A DNA stretch of 64,000 bases from an uncultured archaeon (GTDB taxonomy: Archaea > Micrarchaeota > Micrarchaeia > Micrarchaeales > CABMGC01), in assembly GCA_963704435.1 (NCBI GenBank), contig OY969902.1, positions 652,544-716,543 on the forward strand, read 5' to 3'. The notes under the pieces are model-generated. The model did not search any database and was not told the DNA's origin. It was given only the letters and a program-made list of their open reading frames with translations. The position numbers were made by a program, and so were the translations under genes. Each line of letters starts with the position of its first letter. Position 1 is the first letter of the stretch. Positions 1-8,488 of this stretch are shown here, piece by piece.

Positions 1-146
1 TATTCCGCTACGTTGTTCGTGCAGATCCCGTTGTAGAATGCGCGCCTTTCGAGCAGCTTGTGCGAATCGTCCAACAGGCGATATCCTGAAGCGCTCTCTC
101 CCGGGTTGCCTCTCGCGGCTCCGTCCGTGTAAGCGTATACCTTCAC
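1..146 (-). CDS. rnhA: Ribonuclease HI, N-terminal part (gene runs off left edge)
   Basis: My own minus-strand translation from GTG at 146-144 gives (M)KVYAYTDGAARGNPGESASGYRLLDDSHKLLERRAFYNGICTNNVAE. TDGxxxGNPG and TNNxAE are type-1 RNase H hallmarks. It is absent from the ORF track because it is truncated. Confidence 0.55.
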   Translation of the reverse strand, partial: MKVYAYTDGAARGNPGESASGYRLLDDSHKLLERRAFYNGICTNNVAE

Positions 147-258
147 CAGGTCACCTTTAAATCATTCTTCTGAGCCAGCGAGCATTTCTGGAATCCCTGA
201 CTGGACAAACTTCCATTTAAATGTTGCGCTGACAATACTTATCCTTAATGGTATCGAC

Positions 259-597
259 ATGGCTAAGGGAGCAAAAAAGATAAAAAGGAAGCCCTCACGG
301 CGGTATGCTGCGGCCCCCAAGAGCAAGGCCAACAGCAAGAAGCTTGAGGCGTTCCTGAGGGCGCAGAAGATAGACGAGATATTGATGGCGGGCAACATCC
401 AGAGCCAGGCTGCGTCCGACAGCGCCGTCGAGGAGCGCCCTTCCGGAGAATCGCACATTGTCGATCTCCTTGAGAACACAAGACTGCCTTCCAGGACGGA
501 CCTGGAGACTCCCATGCGTCAGGTCAGGGCTAAGAAAAATAAGGCAAGCAAGAAACACAGAAAGGTGGCGAAAGCCAAAAAGAGAAAGAAAAGGTAG
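259..597 (+). CDS. Hypothetical small protein, Lys/Arg-rich at both termini
   Basis: ATG-initiated 112-aa ORF with MAKGAKKIKRKPSRR at the N-terminus and KKNKASKKHRKVAKAKKRKKR at the C-terminus. No family recognised. It competes with antisense ORF 162..515. Confidence 0.4.
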   Translation: MAKGAKKIKRKPSRRYAAAPKSKANSKKLEAFLRAQKIDEILMAGNIQSQAASDSAVEERPSGESHIVDLLENTRLPSRTDLETPMRQVRAKKNKASKKHRKVAKAKKRKKR

Positions 598-605
598 CTA
601 GCCGA

Positions 606-1790
606 TCATCCGCCCTTGCCCACGGAAAGCTTCACCCCTCCGTCAGGGTCACGTGTTATGGTTATGTCTAGGCCCTCGCTGCCTAGCATGTGCCTCAGTT
701 CCTCATAGGTATATGCGCCTATGTCGTCGCCCTTCTTGTTCCTGAGGACCTCCTCTCTCCGCTTCATAAGGGAGGCCTTCTCTATGACCGCGTATTTCAG
801 CGACATCTTGGGCTGCTTCATGCCATAGATGTCCTCTATGCCGAGCTCGACCGGCTTGTAGCCCTCGCTCTGGTATATGAAGGGCAGCACAGCGCCGAAC
901 TCGGAGGTTATCCCGTCGACCACCGTCTCGACCTTCTTCATGTCGCCCGCCACAAGGAAGTCGTCTCCGTTTAGGAAGCCCACGAACGTGTTCCCCCCTG
1001 CGTCCTTGACCTTGTCCTGGAGCAGCTGCGACACTAGCCGCAGTATGGTTATGGCGGAATCGTTCCCGAACTTGCTCGCGAACCCCGCGAGCCCGTCCAC
1101 CTTGAGCCTTCCCAGCTCGTAGTTCGAGTTGGTCTCCTTCAGCGCCTTCTCGACGCTGTCGGATATCCTGTCCTCGTTGGGCAGGTCTATGAGAGGGTCG
1201 AACTTCTTCCCCTTCTTCTTCAGGAATATGGTGACCAGGTCCCTCAGCTCGTCCGGGTCGAAGGGCTTCCTTATGTAGTAGTCGGCGCCGTACTTTATCC
1301 CCTTGAACCTGTTCGACGTGGCGTCGAGCGCGCTGACTATTATGATCGTCAGGTCGGTCATGCTCTTGTCCTTCTTGATGCTCTGGCAGATGTCCAGGCC
1401 GTCGACCCCAGGAAGCATCAGGTCGAGTATGACCAGATCCGGCTTCTCATGCCTTATGCGGCGCAGCGCCTCAGTCCCGTCGTATATCTGCGTTATCTCG
1501 TATCCCTTTCCGAGGGATATCGACATCAGCTTGTTTATGTTCCTGTCGTCCTCTACGATGAATATCCTCTTTATCGGCTGCTCCTCCTGGAGCATGTAAT
1601 AGGTCAGTATCCCCCCGCTGTTCCTGGACGCGATGGCGTTCGCCCGCTCGAGCTCGTCGAGCCCCCTTTTCAGCAGGTCATTATCTATTTCGATGGACTT
1701 TGCGAAGTCCTTGAGCTCTTCGTACGTGACTTCCTGCCTGTCATTTATGAGGGACATTATGTCAGATTCAACATCCTCAATACCTTTCAT
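606..1790 (-). CDS. Response regulator: N-terminal winged-helix-like region, REC domain, C-terminal degenerate GGDEF/Palm-like domain
   Basis: REC motifs: IFIVEDD, DLVILDLMLPGVDG, IIIVSA, KPF. The C-terminal half aligns to the GGDEF pattern: DPLIDLPNE (DpLTgLpNR), LKVDGLAGFASKFG (iDiDnFKxiNDxxG) and FLNGDDFLVAG (GGDEFxxll). Confidence 0.75.
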   Translation of the reverse strand: MKGIEDVESDIMSLINDRQEVTYEELKDFAKSIEIDNDLLKRGLDELERANAIASRNSGGILTYYMLQEEQPIKRIFIVEDDRNINKLMSISLGKGYEITQIYDGTEALRRIRHEKPDLVILDLMLPGVDGLDICQSIKKDKSMTDLTIIIVSALDATSNRFKGIKYGADYYIRKPFDPDELRDLVTIFLKKKGKKFDPLIDLPNEDRISDSVEKALKETNSNYELGRLKVDGLAGFASKFGNDSAITILRLVSQLLQDKVKDAGGNTFVGFLNGDDFLVAGDMKKVETVVDGITSEFGAVLPFIYQSEGYKPVELGIEDIYGMKQPKMSLKYAVIEKASLMKRREEVLRNKKGDDIGAYTYEELRHMLGSEGLDITITRDPDGGVKLSVGKGG

Positions 1791-1879
1791 GATACCACTG
1801 GTCGCGCCGATAGTAATTACAGCGAAAGGATAATATTGCTTCTCATTTAAACTTCTAACACGCTATCTGTAGTGATGAA

Positions 1880-2878
1880 TTGTACAAGGGAAAAACGCAG
1901 AGGGTTGCCCGCCATGCGGGAGGAGGCAGGAAGAAGGCGGTCGCAGCGGCAGCAGCGATACTCATTATCGCGCTTGCGGCCTACTATCTCGTCGGGCAGG
2001 GGGTCCCCCAGATAACCCAGACGCAGCTGATCTACATACCCGCAAACCAGACTTCATATTTCAGCGTATCGGGGTATACCGTCGCGATGAGGCTCCAGAG
2101 CTCGGCCAGCTCCGGGGTGACGCTGTACACGAGCAGGGTCCCGGTGCTCCTGGGCCCGATCTCCGCCGTCTCACTGACCTCCGGGTCGAGTGCGAGCGTC
2201 AGCAGCGCGGGATCCGCTATCTCCGACATAAACGTAAAGCTCGAATCAAGCAGCAGCAGCGGAGCGTCAATCGACGTGACCCCGCTGCCGGCTGCGCTCT
2301 CCGTGGCGCCGAGCAGCTCGGTCAGCGTGCTCAATCCCGCGGCGCTAGGAGGCAGCAACGCGAATACCAGCGCGATCACGCTGGCCACCACGGTATCGAC
2401 GACGTCCGCGACCACGACCGTGCAGAACACCGCAGCCACGCAGGAGCAGCAGGCGCTCAGCATAGCCAACACCTCGTCGACCGGGCTGCTGATGAAGAAA
2501 TACAAGGCGCTATACGACAGCGACACGGCGTGCAGCGCGAGCGTCTATGCCACGACCTACTCCCTGTACTACGGATTGGTGCCCGCAGTCCCAAACGATT
2601 TCGCCAACGTCAGCGCATTCACGCCAACGGACCTGACCGTGAGCGTGAGCCCAGTATCGGGCAGCAGGTACAACGTCACATACTCCGCGGTCTCGCACTC
2701 GCAGTACACGTCAGGTCCAGCAGTGATACTTACCGTCGACACTTCGTCCTCTTCGGTGGTGGCCACGAAGTTCACGGGGCTGTACACAGGTCTCGGCTAT
2801 GCGACCATAAACAGCACATACCTCTTCCAGAGCGGGGTCGCGAACAAGGCATGCGGCGCGCTGATATCCCCTCCATAA
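1880..2878 (+). CDS. Hypothetical Ser/Thr/Ala-rich membrane-anchored extracellular protein
   Basis: TTG start, basic N-terminus followed by a TM segment (AVAAAAAILIIALAAYYLV), then a long S/T-rich low-complexity region with several N-x-S/T sequons. Confidence 0.5.
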   Translation: MYKGKTQRVARHAGGGRKKAVAAAAAILIIALAAYYLVGQGVPQITQTQLIYIPANQTSYFSVSGYTVAMRLQSSASSGVTLYTSRVPVLLGPISAVSLTSGSSASVSSAGSAISDINVKLESSSSSGASIDVTPLPAALSVAPSSSVSVLNPAALGGSNANTSAITLATTVSTTSATTTVQNTAATQEQQALSIANTSSTGLLMKKYKALYDSDTACSASVYATTYSLYYGLVPAVPNDFANVSAFTPTDLTVSVSPVSGSRYNVTYSAVSHSQYTSGPAVILTVDTSSSSVVATKFTGLYTGLGYATINSTYLFQSGVANKACGALISPP

Positions 2879-2903
2879 TGCAGCGGTCCGCCAGCCGGGC
2901 GGG

Positions 2904-5153
2904 TCACTGCTTTTGCGTCCCTCTCTTCTTCTGCTTTCCGGATACCGGCAGCGTGAACCAGAACGTGCTGCCCTTCCCTGGCTCGGATATCACATGCATA
3001 GTTCCCCCGTGGAGGTTCACTATGCCCTTCGCGATTGAGAGCCCGAGACCGGTGCCCGACCCCTCCTGCTTGGTCAGGCCCTTCCTCTGCAGCTGGTAGA
3101 ACTTCCTGAAGAGCTTGGACCGGTCCTCGCGGCCGATTCCCACCCCTGTGTCGGAGACCTCCACCCTCACGTTCTTGCCCTTCCGGGAGACGTTGACCTT
3201 TATGCTTCCCTTGTCCGTAAATTTTATCGCGTTGCCTATGAGGTTGGCGAAGACCTGCAGGAGCCTGTTGGGGTCCGCCCTGATCTCGGGCACGTTGTAG
3301 TCTATGTTCCAGGAGAATTCCAGCCCCTTCTTCCGCGCCACCTCAGCTAGCGTGTTCAGGCTCGGCGTCTTAGCAAGCTCGTTGAGGTCGACGGCCTGGG
3401 GGTCTAGCTTTATCTTGGACGAGGCCAGCTTCGCCACGTCGAGTATCTGCATTATTAGCTCCATGAGCCTGTCCGATTCCGTGTTTATTATGTTGACGTA
3501 CTCGCTCTGCTCGCTGCTGAGCGTGCCGAACGTGCCCTCCGTGAGCAGCTTCGCGAAGCCCTTTATGTTGGTGAGCGGCGTCTTGAGGTCGTGGGACAGG
3601 TCGTATATGAAATGCGTCTGCAGGTCGCTTTCCTCCTTCATGCTGTCGCGCTCTTTCGTCAGCTTCTCGACCTCGTCCTTGAGGCTCTCGTTCATGCGCT
3701 TCGTGCCGAGCTCCTTCATCATTATCATGTATCCGACCAGGCTGCTCTCCGCGTCTGTGACGCTTCTTACGGTCTGCTCGCAGGGGAGGCCCTCGTCGCT
3801 GCCCTTGGTCTGGATGTTGACGAACACGTTGCCCACGGTCCCGTTCTTCTTCGCCAGCGAGAGAGACGCGTTCGCCTTGTCCTGGCTGTCCTTGTCCAGG
3901 TACAGCAGGGTCAGCGCCCTCCCCTGCAGCTCGTCCCGCGTGTACCCGAGGATCCTCTCCGCGCTCCTGTTCGCCCCGCTGACATATCCGAACGCATCCA
4001 CGGTCACCACGGCGTCACCGGCGTACTCGACGAGCTCGTCGATGGTTTTCTGCATGCTGCTTATGCGCTTCTCCATGCTTCCGCTGGACAGGACGCACGA
4101 GAATCCGCCGAACGCGTTCTTGACGAACGTCGCCTTCACCTCGACGAACACGTCGTTGCCCGCGTTTATCGTCATCTGTCTGACTAGCGCATCCTTGGCC
4201 GATCCAAGGCCGCCGATGAGGTCGCGCTCCCCGCCGTACTCAAGGTCGGAAAGCTTTCCCCCTATCACCATCTCCTTGCGCATCCTGAGTATCCTCTGCA
4301 CGCTGTCCGTCGCCCATATGACCCTCGTGTCCTTGTCCATGAGCAGGAATGCGTCGTTAGTGCTGTAGTTCGCCAGTTTCGCCTCCTCGTCCAGCATCCT
4401 GAGGTTGGTTATGTCGTACGCGGTGACCAGGACCAGCTTCTCGTTCACCTCGCTTCCCGTCAGCCTGTAGAACCTGCCCGCGGCGTGCCTGTCCTGCGTC
4501 TCGATGACGCGCCCGCGCGCGAGGCTCTCGGCGGCATCCGCACCGACGTCGAAGAACTCCCCGAAGTTCCTGCCGTTCAGTTCCCTCTGCATCCTTCCGG
4601 ACGCCTTGACCATCGCCTTGTTGGCCTTGACGATGTTTCCCTTCCTGTCCAGCATGAGCCTGGCCGCTCCGGGGTCGAAGGCAGCGTCAAAATACTTTGC
4701 GAGGCTCACGCTCCTCTCCCGTTCTGCCCTTGCGGCCGCCTCGTAGGCGACTACTCCAGACAGGAGCGCGGCCCCCTCGACGAGCGCGGCCCCGAATGCG
4801 TCCTCCCGCTTCGAGAGCAGCGTCAGGATGAAGACGCTCCTCCCCTCCGCGACCGCGGGGAGCAGGACGCAGCTCCTGAAACCTGCATTGTAGTACTTGA
4901 CAAGCTCCTGGAACGCGGAGTAGTCCCCCAGCCTGTTGTCGACGTAGGGCTTGCCCGTGTTAATGGCGAATTCCTCGAGCGGGGATAGGCCCTCCTTCTT
5001 GTCATAGGTTCCGACGAGCCTTGCGTAATCCGCGGAGAGGAGCCCGCTTATCTTATCCTTTGACTTCTCCAGAAGATCGTTCACGCCGCTTGTCCCCATC
5101 GCTATCGTAAAGAGCTCGGCTATCAGCCTGTCGATGGGGATTTGCTCCTGCAT
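2904..5153 (-). CDS. Soluble multi-sensor histidine kinase (GAF-like + PAS repeats + HisKA + HATPase_c)
   Basis: H-box FIYDLSHDLKTPLTNIKGF, N-box FANLIGNAIKFT, G-boxes DTGVGI and GTGLGLSIAKGIVNLHGG. No hydrophobic TM segment is visible. Confidence 0.85.
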   Translation of the reverse strand: MQEQIPIDRLIAELFTIAMGTSGVNDLLEKSKDKISGLLSADYARLVGTYDKKEGLSPLEEFAINTGKPYVDNRLGDYSAFQELVKYYNAGFRSCVLLPAVAEGRSVFILTLLSKREDAFGAALVEGAALLSGVVAYEAAARAERERSVSLAKYFDAAFDPGAARLMLDRKGNIVKANKAMVKASGRMQRELNGRNFGEFFDVGADAAESLARGRVIETQDRHAAGRFYRLTGSEVNEKLVLVTAYDITNLRMLDEEAKLANYSTNDAFLLMDKDTRVIWATDSVQRILRMRKEMVIGGKLSDLEYGGERDLIGGLGSAKDALVRQMTINAGNDVFVEVKATFVKNAFGGFSCVLSSGSMEKRISSMQKTIDELVEYAGDAVVTVDAFGYVSGANRSAERILGYTRDELQGRALTLLYLDKDSQDKANASLSLAKKNGTVGNVFVNIQTKGSDEGLPCEQTVRSVTDAESSLVGYMIMMKELGTKRMNESLKDEVEKLTKERDSMKEESDLQTHFIYDLSHDLKTPLTNIKGFAKLLTEGTFGTLSSEQSEYVNIINTESDRLMELIMQILDVAKLASSKIKLDPQAVDLNELAKTPSLNTLAEVARKKGLEFSWNIDYNVPEIRADPNRLLQVFANLIGNAIKFTDKGSIKVNVSRKGKNVRVEVSDTGVGIGREDRSKLFRKFYQLQRKGLTKQEGSGTGLGLSIAKGIVNLHGGTMHVISEPGKGSTFWFTLPVSGKQKKRGTQKQ

Positions 5154-5230
5154 GGCCTCTGATTAAAATCTCTCGCTAAGTTAATAATGTTTGACGTGAA
5201 CTAGGTATAACTGCATAAAAAGGAAGTCGC

Positions 5231-5893
5231 ATGGAGGCGAAGGAGGTCTTTGACGGAGTGTTCATGGTGGGAAGGAAGCTAGCCACGCGCAACCTGACCA
5301 GCGGGACCAAGGTATACGGCGAGGAGCTGGTGCGGATCGGCGGCTCCGAGTACCGGTTGTGGAACCCCTACAGGAGCAAGCTAGCGGCGGCGATACTGCT
5401 TGGCATGAGGGGCATGCGCATAGGGCGTGGCTCAAAGGTGCTGTACCTCGGCGCTGCGACGGGCACCACCAGCAGCCACGTGAGCGACATAGTGGGGAAG
5501 GGAGGGCTGGTGTACTGCATAGAGATATCCGAGAGGAGCATGCGGGAGCTCGTGGGCGTCTGCGAGTCGCGCGAGAACATGCTTCCGATGCTCAAGGATG
5601 CGAGGGACACGGACAGCTACGCAAAGGAAGTGGGCGTGTGCGACGTGCTATACCAGGACATAGCCGCCAGGGACCAGGCGGACATACTCAACCGCAACAG
5701 CACCCTGCTGAGGAGCAAGGGCATGGCGTACGTCGCAATAAAGTCGCAGAGCATAGACGTGACCGAGGACCCGGAGAAGGTATACGCGGATTTCCTCGCA
5801 AAGGTCTCGGAAATATTCGAAGTCCTTGAGAAGATAGACCTCAAGCCCTATTCGAAGATGCATATGTTCGCGGTCCTCAGGAAGAGGAGATGA
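5231..5893 (+). CDS. flpA: Fibrillarin-like rRNA/tRNA 2'-O-methyltransferase
   Basis: VYGEELVRIGGSEYRLWNPYRSKLAAAIL, then the SAM motif VLYLGAATGTTSSHVSDIV. At 220 aa it is typical of archaeal fibrillarin. Confidence 0.9.
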   Translation: MEAKEVFDGVFMVGRKLATRNLTSGTKVYGEELVRIGGSEYRLWNPYRSKLAAAILLGMRGMRIGRGSKVLYLGAATGTTSSHVSDIVGKGGLVYCIEISERSMRELVGVCESRENMLPMLKDARDTDSYAKEVGVCDVLYQDIAARDQADILNRNSTLLRSKGMAYVAIKSQSIDVTEDPEKVYADFLAKVSEIFEVLEKIDLKPYSKMHMFAVLRKRR

Positions 5894-5975
5894 TTTACTG
5901 GCAAGGCTGTGCCTCCGGAACCGGCACGAGAAACAATAAAAACCCAGACAGGCTAAGTGCAAGTGAGGAGGGGCC

Positions 5976-6803
5976 TTGATGCCGGATTTCGGGAGATATC
6001 TGAGAAGTTTCGAAAACGCAAAGTTCTCAGAGGTGGTCTGCAAGCACTGCTGGACGCATGCCAAGTCGGCAAGCGCAGTCGATGCCGTCTGCAACTTCTG
6101 CGAGCAGCACGTAAGCGCGTCCGCCTATGCGCTGCACAATCCAGAAGCCGAGGCCATCTTCCTTAAGCTGCAGAGCGCCGCGGCCCGCGGCCTCAGGGCC
6201 GACGACCTTGGCGCGCTGGACGCGCTCTTGAAGGGATGCTCAGATCCGCAGGTCCTCTACATATCTGGAATATTCTACTCGATTCTTTCGGATTCCCTCT
6301 ATCTCTGCAGGAACTACGCACTCCCTGGGTTCATGGAAGAGAACTCCGGCAACATTAAGGCCAGTCTCGGCTACTCCGCCAGGTCCAAGGAGCTGTTCTA
6401 CGGAGCGATAGCCCTTTCGGGAACGGAGCCGGCTTCGGGAGCCGAAGCGGAGTCGCTACTTTTCATGGAGTTCCTGTGCTGGATCAAGCTCGGTAGGCTC
6501 GCGGATGCGTCAAGGGTCCTGGAGACGCTCCACAAGCTGGCGAAGGACGAGAAGGCGCTAGACTACTCCGACATGGTCTTCAGCGTGGAATCAGGAGCGA
6601 AGGACGCGGACGCCAGGCTCGCCAAGCTGCTTTCGGGGAACGAGGCCAACGCCTTCTATTATCTTGCAAAGCGCCTGGCGAAGGGGAAGAGGTTCGGCGA
6701 GGCGCTGTCCGTGCTCGCGCGGCTGGGTCGGAAGGTCAACGTGCAGATGGCCCCGCAGCTCGCAAGCTCGATAAGGGCAGCGCAGGAAGCATCAAGGGTG
6801 TGA
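5976..6803 (+). CDS. Hypothetical protein with N-terminal CxxC...CxxC zinc ribbon and helical repeat-like C-terminal region
   Basis: CKHCW...CNFCEQH near the N-terminus. The remainder is alpha-helical and Ala/Leu-rich. A GGAGG-like motif lies upstream of the ATG. Confidence 0.5.
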   Translation: MMPDFGRYLRSFENAKFSEVVCKHCWTHAKSASAVDAVCNFCEQHVSASAYALHNPEAEAIFLKLQSAAARGLRADDLGALDALLKGCSDPQVLYISGIFYSILSDSLYLCRNYALPGFMEENSGNIKASLGYSARSKELFYGAIALSGTEPASGAEAESLLFMEFLCWIKLGRLADASRVLETLHKLAKDEKALDYSDMVFSVESGAKDADARLAKLLSGNEANAFYYLAKRLAKGKRFGEALSVLARLGRKVNVQMAPQLASSIRAAQEASRV

Positions 6804-6808
6804 AAGGG

Positions 6809-8257
6809 TCAGCCCTTTATGACTCCCATCGGCACGTTCCTGCTCACGATCTGCGATATCCCCGCCTTCTCGACTACGCCGACCACGTCGTCAACGTTCT
6901 TGTAGGCCCACTCAGCTTCTTCGCTTATGAGCTTCTTGCTCCTTACGCGTATCTCTATCCCCTTGCTCTTTAGCGACTCTAGCGTCTTGGACGCAGGAAT
7001 GTCCCTGAGGGCCTGTGATCTTGACATTACCCTTCCCGAGCCGTGGCATGTGGTGCCGAATGTCTCTCGCATGGCCCCATCAAGGCCACATAGCACATAG
7101 CTTGCCGTCCCCATGCTCCCCGGTATGATTACCGGCTGGCCCGTTCCGCGGTACTCCTTGGGCACCTCCTCCCTTCCCTTAGAGAACGCCCTTGTCGCCC
7201 CTTTCCTGTGCACGTAGACCCTGACCCTTTTGCCTCCGAAATCGTGCTCCTCGAGCTTCGCTATGTTATGCGCGACATCGTACAGCAAGTCCATTCCCAG
7301 CGCATCAGCGCTCTCGCCGAATATCTCCTCGAAACTCCTCCTCACCGCGTGCGTTATCATTTGCCTGTTCGCGAACGCGTAGTTAACAGCGCATTTCATC
7401 GCCGCCAGGTAATCGTCAGCTTCCTTGTCTCCTATCCTGGCGTAGCTCAGCTCCCTGTCTGGAAGGGTTATTCCCTTCCTGTTCTGGTATTCAACGAGCG
7501 CCCTGAGGTAGTCGCTGCAGATCTGGTGGCCGAATCCGCGCGACCCGCAGTGCACCATAATGACGACCTGGCCCTTGAAGAGGCCGAAGGCCTTCGCCGT
7601 CTTCTCGTCGCAGATTTTGTCGACGCGTTGTATCTCGAGGAAGTGGTTGCCCGCCCCGAGTGTGCCCAGCTCGTCGATTCCCCTCTTCTTCGCGTCGGCG
7701 CTCACCTTGGAGAAGTCAGCGCCGTCCATTGCGCCGTTCTCCTCCGCCCTCGCAAGGTCTTCGCTCACGCCGAAGCCCTTGCCCAGCGCATACCCGACGC
7801 CTTCCAGGGCGGTCCTCTCCAGGTCGCCCATCGTAAAGCCCATCTTCAGCCTGCTGCCGACGCCGCTGGGCACGTTCTTGAACATCGCGTCGAGCAGCTG
7901 GTTAAGCTTCGGCCTGACCTCCTTCTCCGTCAGCCCTGTTTTTATCAGCCGCACACCGCAATTGATATCGTAGCCCACGCTCCCAGGAGAGATTATCCCA
8001 TCGTTTGCATCGAAAGCCGCGACGCCTCCTACGGGAAATCCGTAGCCCTCATGCGCGTCGCTCATAAGCAGTATGTTGCCAACGATCCCTGGCAGCTTCG
8101 AGGCGTTCACCGCCTGCTGGAGGGTCCTGTCGCTCTTTATCTTCTCGAGCATCGCGCCAGTTGCGTAAACGACGACGCCCGAGTTCATTCCCATGGCCCT
8201 GTCCTGCCTTATCTCGAACTTGACATCGCTAAGCCGCTCCAGCTCCACAAACAGCAC
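6809..8257 (-). CDS. rtcB: RNA-splicing ligase RtcB
   Basis: GYDINCGVRL, GAGNHFLEIQ, HCGSRGFGHQ, HRKGATRAF, CHGSGR. Full length, 482 aa. Confidence 0.95.
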   Translation of the reverse strand: MLFVELERLSDVKFEIRQDRAMGMNSGVVVYATGAMLEKIKSDRTLQQAVNASKLPGIVGNILLMSDAHEGYGFPVGGVAAFDANDGIISPGSVGYDINCGVRLIKTGLTEKEVRPKLNQLLDAMFKNVPSGVGSRLKMGFTMGDLERTALEGVGYALGKGFGVSEDLARAEENGAMDGADFSKVSADAKKRGIDELGTLGAGNHFLEIQRVDKICDEKTAKAFGLFKGQVVIMVHCGSRGFGHQICSDYLRALVEYQNRKGITLPDRELSYARIGDKEADDYLAAMKCAVNYAFANRQMITHAVRRSFEEIFGESADALGMDLLYDVAHNIAKLEEHDFGGKRVRVYVHRKGATRAFSKGREEVPKEYRGTGQPVIIPGSMGTASYVLCGLDGAMRETFGTTCHGSGRVMSRSQALRDIPASKTLESLKSKGIEIRVRSKKLISEEAEWAYKNVDDVVGVVEKAGISQIVSRNVPMGVIKG

Positions 8258-8362
8258 CCACTCCCTGTTTTTACGTCGTTTTTAATGACAAAGATTAAAT
8301 ACCAGTAAATAACATATATGCTTACAAAGGATTTTAATGTATCCCTGATAATTCATATCCGT

Positions 8363-8461
8363 GCAGGGATGGCGGAGCCTGGTCAAACGCGGCAGACTCA
8401 AGATCTGCTGACCTAAGGTCTGCGAGAGTTCAAAACATTTGAGCAAATCTCTCTCCCTGCA
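8363..8461 (+). tRNA. tRNA-Leu(CAA), type II, with a 13-nt insertion in the T-loop
   Basis: Acceptor stem GCAGGGA/TCCCTGC plus discriminator A. Anticodon arm GCAGA-CTCAAGA-TCTGC. Variable arm TGACCTAAGGTCTG. T-arm GAGAG-TTCAAA[ACATTTGAGCAAA]T-CTCTC, whereas tRNA-Leu(CAG) in this window has an uninterrupted TTCAAAT loop. No encoded CCA. Confidence 0.8.
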
Positions 8462-8488
8462 CGCTTCTGTTTCGATGGGGTGGACTAT

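Noticed and set aside
162-515. A 117-aa minus-strand ORF competing with the basic protein ORF 259..597.
   Set aside because: It has no recognisable features and would almost abut the RNase HI start. The plus-strand ORF was kept, though at low confidence.
7208-8308. A 366-aa plus-strand ORF opposite RtcB. Similar long shadow ORFs occur at 10699..11811, 15397..16374, 32911..33894, 39423..40277, 40296..41348, 47115..47942 and 51103..51969.
   Set aside because: Each overlaps a confidently identified conserved gene on the other strand or in another frame. Their compositions are low-complexity and Arg/Pro/His-rich.
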